Source of the DNA: Escherichia phage phiKT
Strand: one strand, 5' to 3'
DNA length: 42,608 nucleotides
Sequence record: JN882298
Below the pieces are notes generated by a model. The model ran no database searches and had not been told where the DNA came from. It saw only the letters and a program-made list of their open reading frames with translations. Shown here one piece after another: positions 37,110-42,608 of the stretch. The stretch's first letter is position 1; each line of letters begins with the position of its first letter. The translations under genes and the position numbers were made by a program.

Positions 37110-37272
37110 ATTCAAGAAATATCTGGGTGCCGCATGGGATTTCACCAAGGAACATGGTGTGACTATCCTGCGTGGTGTGGCTGTCCTCCTTGTAGGTCGT
37201 AAGGTTGGTCGCGTTGCCAACCAGTCCGCCGATGTACTTGATACGGTCATCAAAGGGACTAAGAAGAATTAA
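37102..37272 (+). CDS. 56-aa small membrane protein (possible holin/antiholin-type lysis accessory)
   Basis: ATG overlapping the endolysin end; one hydrophobic segment (GVTILRGVAVLLVG); below the ORF-track cut-off. Confidence 0.35.
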   Translation: MSKFKKYLGAAWDFTKEHGVTILRGVAVLLVGRKVGRVANQSADVLDTVIKGTKKN

Positions 37273-37281
37273 AGGATAGCC

Positions 37282-37665
37282 ATGTTCGAAGGCACCGGGA
37301 ACTACGGTTCCCTTGTGACCACCCTCCTTACGGGAGCAGTGGCGGCTCAAACCTCTTATCAGGTATCCCGTATAGTCACACATGATTCTCTGTTATTAGT
37401 TGGCATCCTCTGCGTCATCGGTATCGTGGTAGGTCTGGGCCATGCTCTCTCAAGCAAGTCCCCTCTCCCATTCCGTCGTATCGTAGGCAAGGTGCTTATG
37501 TCTACTGGCGTGGCCGTTACAGCCGCTGCCGTCTATTACTTCAAACCAAGTACCGACCCGTTAGTCGTCATTGCCATTGGCGCTGGGTTAAGCGTCATGG
37601 GTTCTGGCTGGCTGGAAGAGTTCGTCCGGAACAGAACAGGAACCAAGAAGGATGATGGTAGTTAA
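37282..37665 (+). CDS. Holin-like multi-pass membrane protein
   Basis: 127 aa with about three hydrophobic segments and a charged C-terminal tail; adjacent to the endolysin. Confidence 0.5.
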   Translation: MFEGTGNYGSLVTTLLTGAVAAQTSYQVSRIVTHDSLLLVGILCVIGIVVGLGHALSSKSPLPFRRIVGKVLMSTGVAVTAAAVYYFKPSTDPLVVIAIGAGLSVMGSGWLEEFVRNRTGTKKDDGS

Positions 37666-37720
37666 AAGCTCTCAGAAGCTCTACAACGCTCTCAAGGACG
37701 AGAGCAATACGATGTTACCA

Positions 37721-37795
37721 CCTGACCCTGATTAGATGCCTGATGACTTCATTAGCACGTTTTAAGTTGATTCCTGATTAGATGATTAGCTAGTC
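37721..37795. repeat. Direct repeats of cctgattagatg and related attag units
   Basis: cctgattagatg at ~37727..37738 and ~37773..37784, with additional attag copies between. Confidence 0.6.
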
Positions 37796-37810
37796 CACAG
37801 AGGGCAGTCC

Positions 37811-37854
37811 TAAAATTTGATATAATTTTGTGAGGGGGCAGTCCAACACAAATG
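37811..37854. repeat. Direct repeat (a)gggcagtcc flanking an AT-rich palindrome
   Basis: agggcagtcc at ~37811..37820 and gggcagtcc at ~37846..37854 flank taaaatttgatataatttt. Confidence 0.5.
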
Positions 37855-37886
37855 AGGTCGCGTTTCCCCCGTAGGCCCGGCCTTCT

Positions 37887-37958
37887 GGATGGCTGAATGG
37901 CTGGATGGATGGATGGCTGGACGGCTAGACGTTTAGACGGCTAAATGGCCAAATGACC
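37887..37958. repeat. Tandem array of nine imperfect 8-bp units (consensus ggatggct)
   Basis: ggatggct gaatggct ggatggat ggatggct ggacggct agacgttt agacggct aaatggcc aaatgacc read in strict 8-nt register. Confidence 0.8.
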
Positions 37959-38017
37959 GTAAAAAAGGGCCGTGTGCACTGATAGGGTCAATCGGGCTGT
38001 AGGTCGCGCCAACCGGA

Positions 38018-38044
38018 GTTTCCGCACATTACTTTATAAGGGAG
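38018..38044 (+). promoter_or_regulatory. Phage RNAP promoter-like motif, copy 2
   Basis: gtttccgcacattactttataagggag; matches 14534..14560 except for one substitution and one indel. Confidence 0.5.
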
Positions 38045-38134
38045 CTTGTAAGGTGTCTGGCGGCGATCCGTCTGACGACGGGAGAAGGGAAGAGACGTGG
38101 GGTATCTATCTTTTTGTGATTAGTGTTAGTTGTG

Positions 38135-38165
38135 TATCTATCTATCTATGTATGTATGTATATCC
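38135..38165. repeat. Tetranucleotide microsatellite (tatc)3(tatg)3
   Basis: tatctatctatctatgtatgtatgtata read directly. Confidence 0.8.
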
Positions 38166-38209
38166 GGCTATCCTTTATCTGCGCTGCGACGGGCCAGCTA
38201 TCGCTTTCC

Positions 38210-38239
38210 TTGTCTTCGCTACGATAAGGAAGCTATAAT
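38210..38239 (+). promoter_or_regulatory. Sigma70-type promoter candidate driving the 38279 mini-operon
   Basis: -35 TTGTCT, 18-nt spacer, -10 TATAAT (perfect); ~40 nt upstream of a strong-RBS ATG. Confidence 0.5.
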
Positions 38240-38278
38240 AGGGATTGTATTATTGCTCTTTAATAATGAGGTGAGATT

Positions 38279-38482
38279 ATGGCTATACGTAATTGGATGG
38301 CGGTTATGGCTATTGTGGATAGTGTGGGGATTGAAGCGGCGTTAGCCTTGCCATACGTTCCGCCGGATTCTAACACTATGCCGGGCCGTGCCGAACGTTA
38401 TGCAATTGAGTACAACATACAACGGGGGAAGTATGGCGAGACCATGCCGGAAGTATCGACGTCGTGCACTCATCGGGATTGA
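38279..38482 (+). CDS. Hypothetical small protein (first gene of the left-end mini-operon)
   Basis: GAGGTGA RBS before the ATG; 67 aa; atypical codon usage; overlaps the next ORF. Confidence 0.35.
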   Translation: MAIRNWMAVMAIVDSVGIEAALALPYVPPDSNTMPGRAERYAIEYNIQRGKYGETMPEVSTSCTHRD

Positions 38483-38873
38483 TGTATCGGGGTATCATCC
38501 GCCGGCTGTAGTCCGGGACTGGTTAAGGGATACTTTAAGGGATGACTCCAAGGGACTAGCCGATCAGCTTATTTGTAAACCGTGGGCTGTATGGTTAGTG
38601 TGGGCGCATGATGAAATCACTAGTAAGCGGGTTCGTCTTCTCTGCTGTGTAGGGGAGCGACAAGCGCTATACATAATGGATTATGCGGCCCGGCTTGATG
38701 GGTATCTGTGCCGACTGTATCAATCCGACGGTGACGTGATTGATATTAGTCATCTGTCCGAGTGTCAATCGGTGCATAACTGGACCGGATACTGGCGACA
38801 CGTCAACGGCGAAAGTAAGCCGATGACGATTAGTGACGATGGATTGAGAAAGCTGCGGGAGCTGATAGCATGA
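38433..38873 (+). CDS. Hypothetical protein (second gene of the left-end mini-operon)
   Basis: Track ORF 38388..38873; ATG at 38433 after a GGGGG stretch; stop is followed directly by a terminator hairpin; atypical codon usage (cgg, agt, tta, ata). Confidence 0.4.
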   Translation: MARPCRKYRRRALIGIDVSGYHPPAVVRDWLRDTLRDDSKGLADQLICKPWAVWLVWAHDEITSKRVRLLCCVGERQALYIMDYAARLDGYLCRLYQSDGDVIDISHLSECQSVHNWTGYWRHVNGESKPMTISDDGLRKLRELIA

Positions 38874-38877
38874 CGAT

Positions 38878-38914
38878 AAGGGGCCGGGAGTGTATCCTTG
38901 CCCCTTTCTTTTTT
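38878..38914 (+). terminator. Rho-independent terminator after the 38433..38873 ORF
   Basis: Stem aaggggc(cggga)/(tcctt)gcccctt followed by tcttttttg. Confidence 0.6.
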
Positions 38915-39079
38915 GTCCTGGACAAACCGCTACATTCTGGATGTATGTTGTACGCATAATCTCTTGCGTTCTCCTGATCGGGCTTATGCACTCATGGGTA
39001 TACGTTGGCTTGTCTTACGTGTGATTAGGTGTCTGGTGAGAACGTGGGAGATTATTTTCGATTATTTTTAAATATTCGC

Positions 39080-39108
39080 TTGCACTATCCGAAAACGTCG
39101 CGTATAAC
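39080..39108 (+). promoter_or_regulatory. Sigma70-type early promoter candidate
   Basis: -35 TTGCAC, 17-nt spacer, -10 TATAAC; AT-rich UP-like element upstream (ttttcgattatttttaaatatt). Confidence 0.5.
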
Positions 39109-39368
39109 TATCTACATCAGGACGGGCAAGGCAATACGGACTGAAGGAGGAGGCGCAACGGAAGGCGCGACACGGCGGGAGTGATACAAGGACGCGCCAA
39201 GGGGGAACGGATAGGAACTGCGAAGCCTGCCGGATACCCGCTAAGGAAAGCAACGTTTGCCGGAGTATGCAGACACGGCAAACAAATAAAAGTAGTTCGG
39301 GAGGCAAGGATAGCCCACGTAGTGGCTGCCGATAGCGTATGAAGTATCGGATAACCGAACGAAAGCGA

Positions 39369-39397
39369 TTGACACGTTAAGCAATATGCCGTAATTT
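39369..39397 (+). promoter_or_regulatory. Second sigma70-type early promoter candidate (weaker -10)
   Basis: -35 TTGACA (perfect), 17-nt spacer, -10 TAATTT. Confidence 0.3.
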
Positions 39398-39755
39398 AGA
39401 TAACAAGCAGTACAGCAACATTACAGCAAACTAGAATAGTTTGAGTCGCATTGAGTGCGGATAGCTGACCTGACAGCGATATGATTCAGGGGGGCCGGAG
39501 GTTAGATAGGACGTCGCCAATAAGCCTGATAAACAAAACACTGTTTATCTAATGCTACTCATTGAGCGGCATTATATAAGCAACAAGCGCGGGGGAGTCC
39601 TACCAGCACAACGCGCTTTATAAATCAAGGCCACACGACGTCGTAAAATGACGGGAAAGGTCAGGAGTGTAGGCGCGGCGGTCGCCCGTGTAGTATCAAA
39701 GATACAGCGACCAACTAAACCAAATCACTTAAACGCAACGTAAACGAGGCGCACA

Positions 39756-40250
39756 ATGAAAGTATTAATTTCTGCATTCCGTAAAGAAAACGACCTGCTG
39801 ACTCATATCAACAATCACGCAGAACTGTACGACCGCATTGCAGCGTTGGGCCTGACACCACAGCCCGTCGATGGCGTGTGGAAAGGTGTCAGCGAATTTT
39901 CTTACATGGTACACGGTGTAACCGCAGCGATGGTAAAAGCGTTTTATGCAATGGCCCGCGACTACAATCAGGAGGCTATCTTGCTTGTTGCTGATGATAA
40001 CCGTGCCGCAGTAGTACCGACCGATGGCCCGGCAATGGCCCCGATGATTGACGTCGGCGACTGGAGGGAAGTCAGTAAAGAGATCGCCATACAGTTCGAC
40101 GGGTACACCAAGACACGCGACGGCCGCTATTTTGTCGCAGCCACTCGTGAGCAGTTTGGCCTCGCCACTCGTCGGCTGTTAGCCACACAGCCGGGCGTGA
40201 TCGCAGCTAACGAGTATGCCGCACGTGTAAACGCAGTGGGAGGATTATAA
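39756..40250 (+). CDS. First early protein of the main early operon, function unknown
   Basis: GAGG RBS; 164 aa; first ORF after ~650 nt of leader. Confidence 0.6.
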   Translation: MKVLISAFRKENDLLTHINNHAELYDRIAALGLTPQPVDGVWKGVSEFSYMVHGVTAAMVKAFYAMARDYNQEAILLVADDNRAAVVPTDGPAMAPMIDVGDWREVSKEIAIQFDGYTKTRDGRYFVAATREQFGLATRRLLATQPGVIAANEYAARVNAVGGL

Positions 40251-40251
40251 A

Positions 40252-40500
40252 ATGCGCAAACTTAGTGAAATTGTACATCATACCCACGTATTCTATAACA
40301 GCAAGGGTTATCTGTGGATAACCCTGAAGGAAGTGCGACCTGACGGGCGTCGTCGTGTGGTAGTACGTAAAATGAACAGCAAATACTTCAGTAATTGGTC
40401 ATTGGATACAGTACGCATTAATAACGAGACTTTTCAGATTGACTCACAGATTGACCTACAACCAACGGCAAGCCATTCCGCACCATATTTCTCCAACTGA
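40252..40500 (+). CDS. Early hypothetical protein (basic)
   Basis: GGGAGGA RBS; ATG one nt after the upstream stop; 82 aa. Confidence 0.5.
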   Translation: MRKLSEIVHHTHVFYNSKGYLWITLKEVRPDGRRRVVVRKMNSKYFSNWSLDTVRINNETFQIDSQIDLQPTASHSAPYFSN

Positions 40501-40515
40501 ATCCGGGCCTATGCC
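40497..40515. repeat. 19-nt motif ctgaatccgggcctatgcc, copy 1 (followed by a hairpin)
   Basis: Identical 19-mer recurs at 40881..40899; both copies lie at or just after a stop codon. Confidence 0.7.
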
Positions 40516-40622
40516 GCGCACTCATGGGCGGCAAATGCCTTGTCTTATAGTGTACCAGTGGATACCTACACAGTGGCGTAGGTATCAGCAGATACATTAA
40601 TCAAAAACACAGAGGTAACACC

Positions 40623-40865
40623 ATGCAAACTATTATCACCAAATACCACGGCGCTACCAGCACACGCGGGGGCCGTATCGTTGCCAAATACTGGAACGGT
40701 AAAAAAACGGTATCATACGACCACAGCCTGAATGCAGACGCTAACCATAAGGCCGCAGCCGATGCACTCATCGCCGACCTGAAGGCGCGTACAGGCAGCG
40801 ACTGGTCCATCATTGCAGCTGGTTGCCTACCAGACCACACGGGGTACGCGTTTATCATCGAGTAA
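40623..40865 (+). CDS. Early hypothetical protein
   Basis: GAGGT RBS; 80 aa. Confidence 0.5.
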   Translation: MQTIITKYHGATSTRGGRIVAKYWNGKKTVSYDHSLNADANHKAAADALIADLKARTGSDWSIIAAGCLPDHTGYAFIIE

Positions 40866-40880
40866 GATTTACACAGTCAC

Positions 40881-40899
40881 CTGAATCCGGGCCTATGCC
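40881..40899. repeat. 19-nt motif ctgaatccgggcctatgcc, copy 2
   Basis: Exact match to 40497..40515. Confidence 0.7.
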
Positions 40900-40936
40900 A
40901 CGTTGATTCGTGGGAAACACAGCAGACAGGTACATT

Positions 40937-41170
40937 ATGATGGCATATAAAACTCAGGTCCGCGCCTGCACGAATTTAACCACAGGCCGCGAAAGTTTTT
41001 ATCAACGGCATGTTAACGGCTTTGGTAATCCCTATTGGGAGAAAATAGGCCGGGCATGGTATTTGGAGTTAATGGCGAAAGCTGACCGCAGGAATACCAT
41101 CGTTGAGCGCCACGACGCTAACAGCCGTAGCGTGGACCGCGAACTATTTTTTAAGGTGTCACCAGTATGA
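40937..41170 (+). CDS. Early hypothetical protein
   Basis: Track ORF 40910..41170; internal ATG at 40937 with AGGT 5 nt upstream. Confidence 0.45.
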   Translation: MMAYKTQVRACTNLTTGRESFYQRHVNGFGNPYWEKIGRAWYLELMAKADRRNTIVERHDANSRSVDRELFFKVSPV

Positions 41171-41280
41171 ATACAATCACGTCCGGCCTTGCACTCATCG
41201 GCGCGATTATCGGCGTCGCTGTGTTCAACGCCTTGCCAATGATTATTGGCGTGGCGGTCCTCAGTTGGTGGCTGTCATAA
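41167..41280 (+). CDS. 37-aa hydrophobic micropeptide (single predicted transmembrane helix)
   Basis: ATGA overlap with the upstream stop; MNTITSGLALIGAIIGVAVFNALPMIIGVAVLSWWLS. Confidence 0.35.
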   Translation: MNTITSGLALIGAIIGVAVFNALPMIIGVAVLSWWLS

Positions 41281-41345
41281 TCCGCGCACTCATAGCCACA
41301 CTGTGCGTTTCCCAATCGCATAAATCATTTTTGAGATACACACAT

Positions 41346-41525
41346 ATGAATATCAAAGAATCCGTAGCCACAGAACGCGCCGCCGCCATACAGTACGCGC
41401 ACGATAACCTATCACCGGATGCCTACTGGCTGTTCTGCGACCGCCTTCGAGAAACAGAAGACCTATCACCGGATAATATCCGCGCCATTATTGTCGCAGT
41501 AGCGCAGGAGGTGTCTAATGTTTGA
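41346..41525 (+). CDS. Early hypothetical small protein
   Basis: In-frame ATG within track ORF 41103..41525, after the micropeptide; weak RBS. Confidence 0.3.
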   Translation: MNIKESVATERAAAIQYAHDNLSPDAYWLFCDRLRETEDLSPDNIRAIIVAVAQEVSNV

Positions 41526-41763
41526 AGCAGCGAACGATGATCATTACAACGAGAAAACAGCGGTGGCAGAGGCACAGAAGCGCCAGCGGGATATAAATAT
41601 GGCCTACTATACACGCGTGCCGCCGTTTTACGTGTTCCAGTGTGGTACGGACGGAAACCAGTTTGGTTACGTCACCAAGTACGGCTATTGTGACGTTGGT
41701 TTTAATAGCTTCGCAGATGCCACAGAGGCGGCGGAGGAGTACACACAGAGGGTAGAGCTATGA
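41518..41763 (+). CDS. Early hypothetical protein
   Basis: Strong RBS (AGGAGG); 81 aa. Confidence 0.5.
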   Translation: MFEAANDDHYNEKTAVAEAQKRQRDINMAYYTRVPPFYVFQCGTDGNQFGYVTKYGYCDVGFNSFADATEAAEEYTQRVEL

Positions 41764-41948
41764 CACAACCAGTATACAACGTGTATCGGGGTACGGGCGT
41801 ATGCGTCCGGATGACATACCGGGCTGTTCCGGGGGCCACAGTGTCCCAATACCTCACTGACTCCGGTTGGCAGGATAGTTTAGTGACTGAACGCACTATT
41901 CGCGCCAGCCTCCCACTCGTGGCTAAAAACGTGAGGTTCAAGGCATGA
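41760..41948 (+). CDS. Early hypothetical protein
   Basis: ATGA overlap with the upstream gene; GAGGG RBS; 62 aa. Confidence 0.4.
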   Translation: MTQPVYNVYRGTGVCVRMTYRAVPGATVSQYLTDSGWQDSLVTERTIRASLPLVAKNVRFKA

Positions 41949-42280
41949 AAATCATTAATCCGTTACATCTCATCCAGTTCGTGGTGGTTTACTTGTACAC
42001 GTGGTACGCACTACGCAGTGCGCCGCGTGTAGAAGGCTTTAATGTCGGCTGGAGTAGTCCGCACGATGACTTTCAGGTGTACTATAACGCGCAGGTCAAC
42101 GTGTTAGGCGTAATCACACCAGCGCAGGACACTACATGGCAACCAGTCGGCTGGCGTGCGTGGTTCAACCTTGTCCGGGCATATGATGACCTGCTCGAAC
42201 AGACCACAGCGGCGTTCATTGAAGCGTATCTCCCAGACTTCGCAGATGACATCAACGAATCAGACACAGAAGGCAAATAA
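41945..42280 (+). CDS. Early hypothetical protein (hydrophobic N-terminus, acidic C-terminus)
   Basis: ATGA overlap with the upstream gene; 111 aa. Confidence 0.5.
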   Translation: MKIINPLHLIQFVVVYLYTWYALRSAPRVEGFNVGWSSPHDDFQVYYNAQVNVLGVITPAQDTTWQPVGWRAWFNLVRAYDDLLEQTTAAFIEAYLPDFADDINESDTEGK

Positions 42281-42282
42281 TT

Positions 42283-42608
42283 ATGACAAGCATCAATCCG
42301 GTAGACCTGACCACTTTAGGCGCACGAGTAACCGACCCGGCACAGTTGACCGAAGGCCGCTGGTATGCGGTACGCGTTAACTGTAGAGGCTATATCCCAC
42401 TGGTACACGCCAAATACTTGGGTAGGAAAGGTCGGTATTCACATGCGTTTGAGGTGTGCGATGAGGATCATCTCGCGTTAAAGCGTTCTCTGGGCCTCGC
42501 CAAGCGCATCCACCGCGACAACGGTAGTATCCACTCGGGGAAGATTGATGGCGGCGGTATCTGCGAGATATTCAAGTTTAAGCAGGTGGTGGATGGTCCC
42601 GTAAGCAC
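42283..42608 (+). CDS. Early hypothetical protein, 3'-truncated at the window edge
   Basis: ATG at 42283, open to the last base; frame is continuous with 2..427 if the sequence is circular. Confidence 0.45.
   Translation, partial: MTSINPVDLTTLGARVTDPAQLTEGRWYAVRVNCRGYIPLVHAKYLGRKGRYSHAFEVCDEDHLALKRSLGLAKRIHRDNGSIHSGKIDGGGICEIFKFKQVVDGPVS

Noticed and set aside
37887-37958. Possible CRISPR array
   Set aside because: Repeats are 8 bp in direct tandem without spacers; CRISPR repeats are 20-50 bp separated by unique spacers. Interpreted as terminus-associated short repeats.
37972-38345. Track ORFs 37972..38238 and 38130..38345 in the terminus region
   Set aside because: They span the phage-promoter-like motif and the tetranucleotide microsatellite, have low-complexity translations and no RBS; more likely non-coding regulatory DNA.
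39068-39307. 79-aa minus-strand ORF in the early leader
   Set aside because: Complement of the purine-rich leader tract gives a pyrimidine-rich stop-free frame by chance; no RBS, and it opposes the transcription direction implied by the promoters.
38915-39755. tRNA or other structured RNA gene in the long non-coding leader
   Set aside because: I found no cloverleaf-compatible arrangement or T-loop/D-loop consensus by eye; left as a possible non-coding RNA region, not a called gene.
1-42608. Integrase, repressor or other lysogeny functions
   Set aside because: None of the ORFs shows tyrosine/serine recombinase or repressor-like features, and the gene order is that of an obligately lytic T7-like phage.

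Overview
The window looks like an essentially complete, circularly permuted genome (~42.6 kb) of a lytic T7-supergroup podovirus (Autographiviridae-like, phiKMV-type order with the single-subunit RNA polymerase at the end of the replication module). All credible genes are on the + strand; minus-strand ORFs in the track look like antisense artefacts. Modules in order: early ORFan genes (39756..42608, continuing at 1..1938); DNA metabolism (2105..11942: primase, DnaB-like helicase, HD phosphohydrolase, family A DNA polymerase, HNH endonuclease, acidic-tail protein, 5'-3' exonuclease, endonuclease VII, metallophosphoesterase, P-loop kinase); RNAP (11896..14367); an AT-rich accessory gene pair (14577..15330); structural genes (15341..33916: portal, scaffold, capsid, tail tube A/B, internal virion proteins, tail fiber); terminase small/large (33926..36093); lysis genes (36657..37665); then a 2.1 kb repeat-rich, gene-poor terminus/regulatory region (37666..39755). 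I saw no rRNA, tRNA, CRISPR array, integrase or lysogeny genes. The best candidates for something undescribed are the AT-rich gene pair after the RNAP, the promoter-to-terminator mini-operon at the presumed left end, and the small early ORFans (a secreted protein and two membrane micropeptides); the modular tail fiber and the repeat-dense terminus also merit a look. All functional calls rest on motifs read by eye, not database searches; coordinates of motifs I located myself may be off by 1-2 nt.
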